Positions 28,295-40,573 of a stretch of 64,000 nt of DNA are shown here, one piece after another. The first letter of the stretch is position 1. Each line of letters starts with the position of its first letter. A program made the translations under genes and the position numbers. The notes under the pieces were generated by a model. It was not told the DNA's origin. It made no database searches and was given only the letters and a program-made list of their open reading frames with translations. Source of the DNA: Diadema antillarum (lineage: Eukaryota); the NCBI RefSeq assembly GCF_040938485.1, contig NW_027270963.1, positions 2,232,001 through 2,296,000 of the forward strand, in the 5' to 3' direction.

Positions 28295-30638
28295 GCACGA
28301 GTATCTTGTACCATTAGCTATTTTCACAACTGTTGAAAAGACTGGTCATAGTTTGTTAACCATGCTGCATGCATTAGCGGCGCGAGTCATTTCACTGACG
28401 GAGTTTCTTCAGTGGAAGTTGAGACTGGGTTCATTCTTTAGTAGCAATCGACGACCAGTTCACGGTTTTTGGTTGCGACTTGATGATGGTTGTTGTCTTC
28501 GATCCGAAATCATTGATGGATAACCCATCCAGGCCGAAGATGTACAGTTTGAATATATGATTAAGACGATCATGGTAATAAAAAAAAAATACAAAACATA
28601 TTCACGTGATAATTCATACATGCGTTGCCTTTCATACCAACAAGGTCAAACAATGTTTACTCTTTTGTCCAACCTTCCTAAGATGCCTTCGTTGAATTAA
28701 AACGGCAGTGAATCGATCGGTGATTCTACAGATTCTTCAATAAATTCTAAAGATATGAAAATCGCGAATGACCAAACTTAGTCTATTGTCTGAGAAGGAA
28801 TGTCTTTTCGAAATTTTTGATATAAAGATTTAACGGGAATTCCGCCATGGGCCATTTCGAGTCCTACCAAATCTTAGTGGAAAAAAATTTTGCATTCTTC
28901 GTTTGGACTCATTCGCGTAATTCCATGTACATTGTTCATCTTTTAGTGTAAGACACGTCGCCAGTATACTAATAGTATATTGGTGTGACGTATGTAAATA
29001 ATTAAGCAACGTATTGATAAGAGAACTTTTGTATGAAAAAAAGAAACAGTTTCGCTTGTCACAAAGTTGATTTTTTATCAGACTTTTCTACAACATGTAT
29101 TACATTGCGTATGGTAAGTAAGAAGGCATGCCAGTTTCTTGGTTGTAAATAGATTTAGGTGTTACTCACGGTTCATTAATATTTTATGGTGCTTGATATA
29201 AATGTTGCCACTGGTTTTTGAGCTCTCTCTTGTATAAGGTCGTTTTACTTAAGATCAAAACTTTCAAGTCTTAACGTGCTGCTACTTCGCGTGTCCGTAT
29301 GGAACCACTGCAATGGTGGAAAGGAAACATAAACCACTTTATTCTGTATGTAAAGAATTTGTTTTTCTTTGAGTGTTTGATAACATGGCTCTGATCAGAA
29401 CCATGTTATGATTTTATCTGAATTTTATCTGATGCTGTTCTTTCCTTTCCTTATTAGCTTATTAATATCACAAACATTTCTTACATTAGCTTGTAGTCAA
29501 GTCAAATTTAAGTGTTAAATGAATTGTTATGTGATTACACTCTCTTAAGCGTTTAGATAAGTCTGTCCATTTTTTTATATATTTTATTACAAATTGTCAG
29601 TAATCGATATTTTGAAGGCAGAATTATTTATTGTCAGTTTCACTAGTATGTAAATATGAATATGTGCAATATCTATGTGAAAATGTGAAAAAAATTATTT
29701 TGTTACCATTCCCTGTACATATTTCGATTTATACGGATTGATATTGGAATATCTATATGACTTTTAGTTTTCATCGTTACCATTAAGATAAGGCGTAATG
29801 TGAAGGTGGTTCGAGCAGTCGCTGATATTGGTGATATGATAAACACAATGTGATCGTATGCTGTCATGAAAAAAAAACACGTCATTTTCGAGATAAATAT
29901 TTGTTTACGCAGTTCTCATGCAGAAAAAAAACCACCAACATGTGTCTTATTTGTTTGTTATATGTGTGATTACGTTGTACGTGGGAGCTGGGCTTGGCAA
30001 AAAGGAACAAACAAACATAACACAGACAAAACAAGACAAACAAAAAAACAACAACACGACCCTTTGAACAAACGTGTTCGTCCCCGTGGAGACATCAATG
30101 ATTATGTAACGAATCAAGCTTCTCCAACTTCCCTTTGTTGTGAAAATTCACGTTCACGGTCACCAATAAAATCGTAATTGTATACAGGCGTTGGAGGGGA
30201 AAACCAGAATGTATCACCTGTAGGGCGCTAAAAACTAGTGAGGGATGTTTTAAGTAGCGAAGATAACTTCAAGGACTTAATAATCTCACCAACGTTGCAT
30301 TTAAGAACATTCTGTATATTCCCGTCAGCATAAGTCGGTCAAATAAATGGTTTAATCAAAGTATTTTCAGAGTAATGCAAGTCCTTGACCTAAAATATCT
30401 GTGGTAGGCATTTCCAAATCATCACCACCAACTTCACTGCATGCGAAGTACAGCTTTTGCGTCTCATGCGCGCAGTGCGTACAAATTAGTACCTGATTTT
30501 TTTTATGCTCTTACATCCCAAACCACCACCTGTTCGAAAAGTGGAAACTTCTCTGGAAATTGTTCCATATTTACCTATTCCCAGAAGCTGCACGTTTCGA
30601 CAATACTTTAGACTGCATGCTGTTGCACATGAATATAA

Positions 30639-30697
<59 letters not shown>

Positions 30698-30752
30698 ATA
30701 CAGTGTATACATATATATATTTATATATAGCGAAAACTTTGAGCAAAGAAAA

Positions 30753-30830
30753 TGGGTTTTCATCGGGATTCGAACCAGAGACCTCCGGATTACTAAACCG
30801 GTGCTCTACCGACTGAGCTATTGAAAGCCC
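30753..30830 (-). pseudogene. tRNA-Thr(AGT)-derived sequence (pseudogene or SINE-like head), left arm of a foldback
   Basis: Reverse complement GGGCTTTCAATAGCTCAGTCGGTAGAGCACCGGTTTAGTAATCCGGAGGTCTCTGGTTCGAATCCCGATGAAAACCCA has an A box, D arm, anticodon loop with AGT, B box GGTTCGAATCC, then TTTT. Stem mismatches and an extra base argue against a functional tRNA. Confidence 0.7.
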
Positions 30831-30847
30831 TATATGTAAACCTATAA

Positions 30848-30914
30848 AGCTCAGTCGGTAGAGCGCCGGTCTAGTAATCCGGAGGTCTCGGCTTCGAATC
30901 CCGATGAAAACCCA
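30848..30914 (+). pseudogene. tRNA-Thr(AGT)-derived sequence, 5'-deleted right arm of a foldback
   Basis: AGCTCAGTCGGTAGAGCGCCGGTCTAGTAATCCGGAGGTCTCGGCTTCGAATCCCGATGAAAACCCA then TTTT. The anticodon loop is CT-AGT-AA; the 5' acceptor strand is missing. Confidence 0.7.
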
Positions 30915-30970
30915 TTTTCTTTGCTCAAAGTTTTCGCTATTTATTATTACAAGTGTTTCTGGTCAGTTTT

Positions 30971-31173
30971 NNNNNNNNNNNNNNNNNNNNNNNNNNNNNN
31001 NNNNNNNNNNNNNNNNNNNNNNNNNNNNNNNNNNNNNNNNNNNNNNNNNNNNNNNNNNNNNNNNNNNNNNNNNNNNNNNNNNNNNNNNNNNNNNNNNNNN
31101 NNNNNNNNNNNNNNNNNNNNNNNNNNNNNNNNNNNNNNNNNNNNNNNNNNNNNNNNNNNNNNNNNNNNNNNNN
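30971..31173. other. Assembly gap (N run)
   Basis: Direct reading. Further gaps at 32046-32173, 53815-54047, 54195-54441 and 55863-56035. Confidence 1.
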
Positions 31174-31605
31174 CTTGGAGATAAAGAGTAAAGACAAAAC
31201 GGTGGCAATCATAATGTTTGTCTCGATATGCTGGACAAGAGAGGGCGCTAAGCAAATATTTTGTGATGGACAGGTTGACTATTTATATCAAATCACAATG
31301 ACGACATGAACAGTTAAAGGCAGGTAAAATACAGCTTGTTCAATCATGCATTTATCCATATAGCAATAAGGACAATGATGACAATCTATCATCTATTATT
31401 ACATCATTCTTGTGTTATATTACAATACCCAACTGAATAAGTAACTATCTTAATATAAGAAATTAGAAATTATGTATACATCTACATAATCATTTATTGA
31501 GATTATGTATAAATCATGAATATAATACATGTATATATATATATATATTGACAGCAAATCTTGCACATATAGACGTGGCTGGTGTTGGGTAGCACCCCTT
31601 TAATC

Positions 31606-31640
31606 ATCGAGCTTCCGGGCGAAAATCCCTTCTTCAGGAT
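31606..31640 (-). ncRNA. Minimal type I hammerhead ribozyme motif, degenerate copy
   Basis: Reverse complement ATC-CTGAAGA-A-GGGATTTTCGCCC-GGAA-GCTC-GAT. The core GAAA is changed to GGAA and stem II has one mismatch; the palindromic AGCT of stem III is retained. Confidence 0.55.
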
Positions 31641-31917
31641 CTATACAGTCAATGACAACAACGTATAAATAACCGACCATAACCTTCTCACAGACAACAC
31701 TACAAGACCACACTCAGCACCAACACAGTAAGTTTTGTTTTGAGATTGTATTTAGTAATAGTATGCTGATTTGTTTTTTGTTATAAAATGTGCTGAATTG
31801 AGGTATGTTTTATGTTGAGTATATTTTGAAATGTATAGTATATGAGGCTAGTTGAGTTTAGTATGATTTTATACCTAGGTTGATTTTATTTATACGTTGT
31901 TGTCATTGACTGTATAG

Positions 31918-31952
31918 ATCCTGAAGAAGGGCTTTTCGCCCGAAAGTTCGAT
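31918..31952 (+). ncRNA. Minimal type I hammerhead ribozyme motif
   Basis: ATC-CTGAAGA-A-GGGC-TTTTC-GCCC-GAAA-GTTC-GAT: CUGANGA core, 4-bp stem II, GAAA, minimal stem III ending in a UC cleavage site, 3-bp stem I ATC/GAT. Confidence 0.7.
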
Positions 31953-34397
31953 GATTAAAGGGGTGCTACCCAACACCAGCCACGTCTATATGTGCAAGAT
32001 TTGCTGTCAATAGATTTACTGTTCTTGCACCGCCCCGCCATGTTGNNNNNNNNNNNNNNNNNNNNNNNNNNNNNNNNNNNNNNNNNNNNNNNNNNNNNNN
32101 NNNNNNNNNNNNNNNNNNNNNNNNNNNNNNNNNNNNNNNNNNNNNNNNNNNNNNNNNNNNNNNNNNNNNNNNNTATGCAGTAAACTCTTTTTGATAACAC
32201 TTTTAAGGAGTTTGCCATTCATTTTGGGGCAGTTCTTGTCTTTGTCTTTGCTTTTTATTGTAATCAGTAAGAAGCTGCAATTGGCTTGTCGCATCCGAAA
32301 TGCCTAGAAGGAGTGGCATTATATCTTATTCTCGGTCCATACTTTCTGATTACTTGCTTTGTGACATATAACACTGCCTTTAGACTGTTAATACGTGAAA
32401 AAAAAAAGGATTTTCATGTAGTAAGGAAGTGACATACTTCTTGTTGCAAGGAATTGATTTATTTTTCACACTGTGATATTCGTCAATGTAAAACATATTA
32501 TTTCCCAAACTGCTGGATTTGCGTCTGAGCCAAGGTGATCGATCCATGTTGTACGCACAAAAGTACGCTTTCATAAATTTTCTTTTTAGGGGGTTTACTA
32601 AAAATTACAGTCCTCATGATAACATCACATACGAAATCGGTTTTTAAAAAAATAAATATTATTCATGAGAAAACATTTGATCAAGATCAATACCGACCAA
32701 AAATGTTTCCTGGAAAACAAAAGAGAATATGCTTTTGCTGAGTAATCATCTGCCTATAATGCTTGCTGTTTGTGTACGGTATACTTATTTTTTGCCTTTT
32801 TTTTCTCAGCCATGTAACACGTATAACATGTAGTTGTGAACTGTCTGTCGTGTTGTTGTTTAGTTTGTGTGTATGTCTGCATTTACGTCTATTTCGCTTT
32901 TATTTTTGGATGATTTACTCACAATATACAAGATTATTGATTTTTCACTCCCCATATGAAGTATAGTGAAAGACTACTAAAGTTAATTGTTCCGTTGAGG
33001 TTCATTATGACGTCTGGTCTGCAACATGCGTGCATTGAGCTGTTGCTACGTCAGTCAAGCCTTGGGCAAAGCGAGTAGATATCAGTAATAATATAAATAC
33101 ATATGAATAATGTATTAGCCAACCGGTAACTGTGGTGCTAATTATGTTGGTTTTTTTTACACATTTTATCCTTCTCTCTCTCTCTCTCTCTCTCCCTCTC
33201 TTTCTCCCTCTATGTTTTTCATTATATTTCTATGTAGATTTAGTAACTGCTTCATCACTTTGTCAACTGAAAGTGTATCCTTACATCACATCGGCTTTGA
33301 ATTATTTTGTAGGTGGGGAAGAAAAAAAAAGAGATTATTCATGAAAAAGTCGAAACGCACTGATTTGAAACCACTGGGAAGAAGATGAAATGTTGTAGAC
33401 ACTGATAGATATGTGATACGGATGCAAGAGCTAGTTTTTCCCCAGGCATATATCACCCTCTATAGGACGCTAGCCAATACATCATTCCACATTGTCTATT
33501 GTTGTTGTTATTGTGTGTTTTTTAGCAACCACTCTAGCTCATGTGCCGTGAAGAGGTTCAGGCTTGGGGTGACCGTTTAACCCTTTCTTTGCCAATGAGT
33601 CCAATGTGCACAGATGTTACACGCATACCTATGGGCAGAAAATGAATGCGGTAGGCAGAGGGTTAACAGCAAAATCCTTGCGCGGACTTGACAGGGAGAG
33701 ACTCTGAATGAACGAACCGTTTGTTTGTTTGTTTTTTTTATTTGCATGGTTTATGACAAACATTGGGGCATGTAGCAAATTTTATCGACAAGTGGCATGG
33801 CCCTCTGTTTATTTTCATCTTTACCGTCTCTCTAACAGAATAATGGCACTGCAAGTCACAGAAAAGCTCTTGAGAAAACTATTTACATTTTAGGTTTGCA
33901 AATACCAAAATTATTCATCCAGACAGATAACTACCAAACCGATTTATTATATTGTGTGATGTTCAAATACTTGACAATCAGTATTTATGTCACATGGCAT
34001 CATTGATTACGGGTAGTTTAAAGAGAGTGAACTAACATGACTAATATGAATTAGTTATATAAACACGTTTGAACATCAAATCTCTTCTCTAATCCACCAA
34101 GAACTTTCGGTACGTGACCAATAAAACATTTTGATATCCAGTGTCACTTAGCATAGATCTATATTGTACTATGTCTGAGCAGTCTGAGCTTATTCACATC
34201 ACGAGACAATGTCACGCCAGCACATGCGAAGAAAATTGAATACGTTTCTGAGACCAATCCGCTAAAAGGTCTAACGTCTCATTAATCACGAGAAAACACA
34301 TACCACAGTTTAGGATTAACTGGCAGGACAAGCAGACAAGTGTTAACGATATTCAACTCACCTGCACTTAAAGTAGAACTCTCCATGTTATTTTTAT

Positions 34398-34433
34398 CGT
34401 TGTTGTTGTTGTTGCTGCTGCTGCTGCTGCTGC

Positions 34434-34466
<33 letters not shown>
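34398..34466. repeat. Compound (TTG)n(CTG)n(TTG)n microsatellite
   Basis: Direct reading. Confidence 0.9.
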
Positions 34467-34467
<1 letters not shown>

Positions 34468-35665
34468 ACAAAATTAGGCTGTACCTAAATATTCATATAA
34501 CAAAAAAATTTTTCGGGGGAAAGTCGTCCAGCAAATATTTATTACAAGGCTCGACATGACCGGTGGCCCGGTGGCCCGGGGTCAACAGAAACAGATGTCG
34601 GGACACCACTTTTTAAGAAAAGATATGTTTTGATGACCCGTTAGAGCCACGAAATTTCATTGTCGGTAACAACGCATTATATAAAAAGAAGTGAGTTGAT
34701 GATGTCATCGCTCTACACTTTTCTAGACGACTTGCACACGAACTTTGACTGAATTCCCTTTGTTAAGATGAACTTTAAAAAAGAAAAGAACATGTATACT
34801 ATGCATTAAATTAGTTAATGTGTTAGTGACCTTGTAATTATAAAGTTTTGCTTTTCCAGTATGCGGGAGTGGTTACTTGTAAAGCTGCTTAATCCATGAC
34901 AAATAGCGTCGTTATAAAAGCAAAGAAAATCTAACAGCTATGAAGTGAAAAAATCGATTCTGCTCGTGAATGAATTGAATCTTATATCGTTCTTTCAGTG
35001 GAATATTTAAACTTCAGATTCATTTGGTGCCCATCCTATCACACACAAAAAATGTGTTCTCTTTGTTTTACTTTACTCATTTTATTTGCCAGGGGGACTA
35101 TATTTCATAGTGGAGTTTTTGCCTTTAAATGAAGGATAGCTGGCAGCGTGCAATTAGCTGATTACTCAGGATGGGACTACCTCATCACCGTGCCATTGAT
35201 TGTGGCTATTAAAAGTCAGCGCCCTCACCCGTTTCAGTGCAAAAAGGCACCACAGCGGGCAGTGCGTAGCTCAATTCACCATCATCACAATCATACCTTG
35301 GCTGGTGGTATAGGCTGACACTTCCTTTGGTCCGTTCGTAACACTCTCCTGTCACATATATATATATCTTGGAGTACAAATTACATGGACTTTTTTTTCA
35401 TTAATTCATTCATTTATCTGTTTTCATATTGCCAAGTTATGTAGCTACAATGTTTCTACAAAAGGTGCATAGATCAACATTACAATGTACAATAAATGAA
35501 CTTTATGACTTTGCAAAAGAATTTAAAAAGTGGAATCTAAAAGAAAAGCAGAATTACAAAACTCAATTACACGAACTTACTGTGAGAAGAAACCTAACCA
35601 GTTCTAAACAAACACTCTGGACAAATCTCAACACTAAGTGTTGTTATGTAGAAAAGAAAGAAGAT

Positions 35666-35696
<31 letters not shown>

Positions 35697-37549
35697 GAGA
35701 GAGTGAGAGAGGGAGAGAAAGAGAGAGAGAGCACTTGGTTAAGTTATCTTCAGTGTGTCATCTTATCTATGCATTTTCTATTTTTAAGTTTTGATTGTTA
35801 CAAAACGAAAGTAAACCTGCTATAGCAGTTAATGACTAAAAAGCAAATATCTTTCATCTTCAAGTCCTTATCGATAGATCGACCGGAGGAATAATTCATG
35901 TCTTTTAGAAATGAACGAAAATCTGACAAAAAATAATTTCCAGATAACCAAAGGTATACAAAAATATAACGCGAAATTGCGAGAAAGTGAATACCCCCTC
36001 CCCCTCCCCCCCCCCCCAAAAAAAAGGGGGGAAAGATCTGTGTCACTAATATTCATGGAAAGTCAAGGTTTCCAGCAAGTATAAATCAAAGAATAGGCTT
36101 ATTTCTTTTATTAGGATGTCCGCAACGATGTTTAAATATCACTTCTTTAATGTGTGCTTAACATATGAATTCTATTCCATTTATTAATTTCTTTATATTG
36201 ATACAATACACGTAGTAAGTATATTCCAGCCTTAACTGCTAAGTTTGGCTTACTGCATAGACTTCAACACACTTTATATCAGGTGAGCCCAGCAGAGCGT
36301 AGCCGGCTACCACGGTAACCGAGGAGTAACGCTGCAAGATGAGGTCATTTATCGTCATGTCACCTTGGAAACGGTTTACAGGAATGGCAAACGAGTCGAC
36401 CCATCAGGTAAATTAAAAATCATGGCCAAATGATTTCATTGAATTCGCGAACCCCACAGTATCATACCCATATTGATTTCTCTCCCGCCACAGAGTGATC
36501 ACAGCTTCAGTATGAATAGAGACCAAAGCGAAACCATTTTTTATCAAAACGAAAGTGAGGAAAACACAAACGAGCATTTTCCCCAGTGAATACCACCAGA
36601 TATTTCTTATCCCAGCAGCCATCACTGAGAACTGTGGAGGACAATAAGCTTGAATGAAAGTTAGACAATATCACTTGTATCGAGGGGATTATGATGTTAC
36701 AATAACGATGCATATCTAGCACGGTAGAATGACAAATCTAATCGGTGTAGAAGAGAGGTTGTTGGGAGAAAACGAAACCAGGCAGCATGAGTAAAGGTCT
36801 TCCAATGCTAATTCGTTTACGCTATTTGTTGGGCAGTTGAAACTTTTCCTCGTGGAAGGAGGCATACTGGAGAAACCTGCTGTCGCAGGCTAAATTTTTG
36901 CATGAAGTTTTGGGATTGTTTCCAGTCATCGAATGCGTAAAAAAGGTGCAGAGTACAATATTAAGTACGGTGGCATTCACGACGTGCGTCAGTCACATGC
37001 GCGTTGTGACGCTGAACGAATGCTGCAGTGTTGTATTATTCTACGTCGCGAGGAACCGTTTGCGTCTGCGCAAATATATTGGACAGCAAGCGAAATACAC
37101 GTGGAGAAACACGATTACAGGTCTGCACAGAAATCGATGTAGATACATTCCGACATCAGTCAGTTTGCGATCTGATTTAATCACTACAGAGGATGAGTAG
37201 AAAGGGACAGACGATCACTCAAGCCGATATTACCGAGAGCGGACTGTTTTGGGTCATGCTTCTTACCTCATCTTTACTGGGTTGTGCTTGTCACACCAGC
37301 AATAATGAAATAAAATAGAAAATATAAATTCTCCAACGATATTTGAAAGCAAGTTAAGGTAATCCTCTGCAAACTCAAATTTACGTCGTGACTTTGTTCA
37401 CATGATTGCGGTGATTGCTTAGCAAGCTGATGTGAGCTCACGATTTGTGTATGAATGGGAAGTTTTCTTCTAGTCTGGACTGAACTCAAGCAACTGTTGG
37501 TGGAAAGGTCTTCTCCCTTGGACGGTGGCGACCTCGCCAGTTTGATAAG

Positions 37550-37909
37550 ATGGGATCTGGTAGCAGTTCACACGGGTCTGCCTCCAGCCGGCGGAGCGTC
37601 GGGAGCAATGAGAGTAGGACGACAAATCCAGTCGCCCCTGTCTCCATTACTGTCACCGTCACTGACGAGACCGGCCTGAGACCGAGTCACGAATGGACCG
37701 ACAAATACTTCAGCAACCTGCCCGCCAGCGATCCTTACAGCGACGACGATCTCGAGACTGTGCTCGACGATGATATGGACGCTCGTTCCGTGGTCGGGGA
37801 AGAAATGGGAGCTTCCCCCGTGATCCCAACAAAGATGCTGCACGCACACATGGCAAAGCCATTCCACTCCAAACTTCAACCATTGCAAATACATGGAGTA
37901 GATTTTCAC
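37550..37909 (+). CDS. TGM: Transglutaminase TG-A exon 1 (MGSGSSS..., disordered N-terminal tail into the beta-sandwich)
   Basis: ATG at 37550, 120 codons, donor CAC|gtgagt in phase 0. Ends LQIHGVDFH, matching the start of the TGase N-terminal domain. Confidence 0.85.
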
Positions 37910-39564
37910 GTGAGTATGATCAACTGTCACTCCTTCCAAAGAATCATTCGAAGCTAATTTTCTATAGGCACAGTTTCTCCCTCTTGCACAAGTGAATGTA
38001 TAATCGGGCTTGAAAGAGTTGGATAGGCGCTTTAAGGATCTATGGCAACAGAGTGTGTCCCGCACATGCCACAGGTTAATGATTTATTCATAGACTCCAC
38101 GGTGCATGCCGTGTGCGTTGCGATACGGAATCTGCCATTTGCTGCCAAGCTTGCACAATTAAATTGCATCATATCCATAACATCGGATGTAGATTGACAT
38201 GTTCGTTCGTCCCCCGTGAGTACAAGAGAGGAGCTAAGCAATCTGTAGTGGAGAGTCACTTCAGAGCCCTATCGGATATACGTACATGAATTAGATACAT
38301 TCGAGATATCGTCATATAATTTTTCTGGTCAGAACATTAATGTTAGCACTGCTTTTCAAAGAGGATTTTGTGTTGCCTTTGGTGGTACCCCCAACAACGT
38401 GAGGTAGCCATTCTTACTATTGGGCCGAAGGGTACATGGTAGATAATAACGCATCATCCAAGGCTGTAAGCAACTGACATGATGCGCCCTTAGATCCTCC
38501 TACACGAAAGTCTGGACTCTTCTCCGCTTTTCCAAGAATGCCCCCTATATCAAGTCTTGAATTGGTATGCTGACTCCATGTCGCGAGAGCAGACATATAG
38601 TAGCTACATATTCTTCAATTTAGCCCGTATTCACATTCATACATGTATATAATGCTCTCATCCTTCCCGCCAGTCCCCTCCCCCTCCCCTATACAGACGA
38701 ATTTTCCAATTTCTTTTGCTGAATCGAGATTTTCCTTACGCTATGACATTGACAGAAAACACGCGGCTCATCAGGAGATGGATAATTATCATAAACACGG
38801 TGAAGGGTAGACTTGAGAGTAAGGCAGCGCAAACGATTCTCGCAATCAATTGCTAGTGTGTCTTCTGGCCCTTCTGTATCTATGACAACCGGCTTACGCT
38901 TACATCATACATACACGATTTTCCAAATGGCAGACGAAATGAAGAGCTGCACATAACATTAACTTGCTTTCATCCGAGTCAAGGGCAGGTGCAGTATGAA
39001 ATCGAACGTCGAAGCAAATCACCATCCATGAATTAGATTTCACTGAGTTACGAATGACTGATAAATGGGAACGGATATAATGTTTGATGCGTGGTGTAAC
39101 AGCTTGATGCACTCACAGGGCTGCTTGTTGACTTTTTTCCCGTCCCTGACTTTCTTTTCTAGGAAACTATAGGTATGTTTTAAAGACCTGAAGAAGGAGG
39201 AAAAACTGGTCCTTGTGAATGTTAACTGTAAACCTCGATGATGATGCGCATTGCATCTTTCATGAGCTTAACTTTGAATTAATGAGAAAATAGAATGTAA
39301 TATTCAAAGGAATTGCTGCCAGAGTGAATAGGTTTGTGAGCCAACATTTAAAATTGTCGACAGCTGTATAATTGCAAACAATAAGCAGGAATTTTGGGAG
39401 AGAACCAGCATAGGGACGAGTGTTGTGGTAAGTATTTTAAATCAGTGTCTTCTTGAAATAAAGGTGTTAACTTCGGAGGCACTGAAGAACAGATGCGATT
39501 CTTGAGCAGTAGTGTGGATAGATACGAATCAGTGATATCATTTCGAGAGACGGACTCGACTTAA

Positions 39565-39937
39565 AGGTACACGGACCCAGCATCCGAAAGAGGGCGCTGT
39601 TGAACGGCATGACGATTACCGCCATCTTCATTACGACGATCGACGATGTAAAGCTAGCTATCTGCCGCGGTTATCTGTCAGTCAAAGTAGATAGTGTGTT
39701 TTCACGCAAGTTTCCACGAATATCTTGCAAGAAAACTTTATCTTTGAAGGATCCGTAAGTAGTAGGCGGAACCAGTCAGGAACAAAGGCCGAATGAAGAG
39801 CCGAGCTGAGATTCGCATTATTTCGAACATTTTCTACATTACTCATAATCGGCTTTATTCGGATTTCTGGAACATGGTAGACGCAAAAGCGTGGGTCCAT
39901 GCAACAGCGCCCTATGGAATCCTGGGCCTGTGTCCTT
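39565..39937. mobile_element. Kolobok-like MITE in TG-A intron 1
   Basis: TTAA|AGGTACACGGACCCAGCATCC...AGGGCGCTGTTG at the left end versus CAACAGCGCCCT...GGAATCCTGGGCCTGTGTCCT...TTAA at the right end: about 40-bp imperfect TIR with TTAA flanks. Confidence 0.7.
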
Positions 39938-40075
39938 TTAACTTTAATTGATAGTTCTCTCTTTGATCGGAAGTGTTCATTTTAAATGTTTGATATTTAA
40001 AACGATTAAAGACACAAAGTAAAACGATTCAACATCACGTCGAGTTTTCATTGGCTAATATTTATTCATGAACAG

Positions 40076-40226
40076 TTGGACACTAACCAGCCTGAGCATC
40101 ACACGGAAAGCTACGAGAACCAGAACCTGGTGATCAGACGAGCGCAGAATTTCAAACTTACCGTACGGACGAGCAGGAAATACGTTCCAGAGCGAGAAAC
40201 GTTGTACATGCGATTTGCCGCCATGT
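40076..40226 (+). CDS. TGM: TG-A exon 2
   Basis: aacag|TTG...ATG T|gtgagt. Encodes LDTNQPEHHTESYENQNLVIRRAQNFKLTV, the TGase N-domain HHT..Y..LV.RR.Q motif. Confidence 0.92.
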
Positions 40227-40573
40227 GTGAGTGTAGTTGTTGAAGTGAATGAAATGGATTCCGTTTAATAACCATAGGTCAAAGCAAATATTGAGCAGTT
40301 CGTTATGTATAATAATTGATGTGTACGTTTGTTTGTCATTAGTTTGTTTATACATCTGTGTAAGTTGATTTGTTAAATAGAATAGACATGATTCCCACTC
40401 ACATGACATCGCCCTTTAGTTGAACACATAGGTTGTTTCGTGAGTAAAGTGTTTATAACAACAATCAAAACGTGTTTGTTGTCTGGTGTATGGTCGTTTA
40501 TCGTTTTTGTCATTATATTATTTTTTTAAAAAATGCGCAAATGTTCTTAATCATTCTCGTTTTGAAATCTCAG

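Larger units (their letters stand above)
31546..32012. mobile_element. Inverted pair of Penelope-like terminal repeats (truncated PLE insertion)
   Basis: Arms 31546-31672 and 31886-32012 (about 127 bp) are near-perfect reverse complements with 3' ends pointing outward. Each carries a minimal hammerhead motif, and the left arm abuts a (TA)n tract. Confidence 0.65.
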
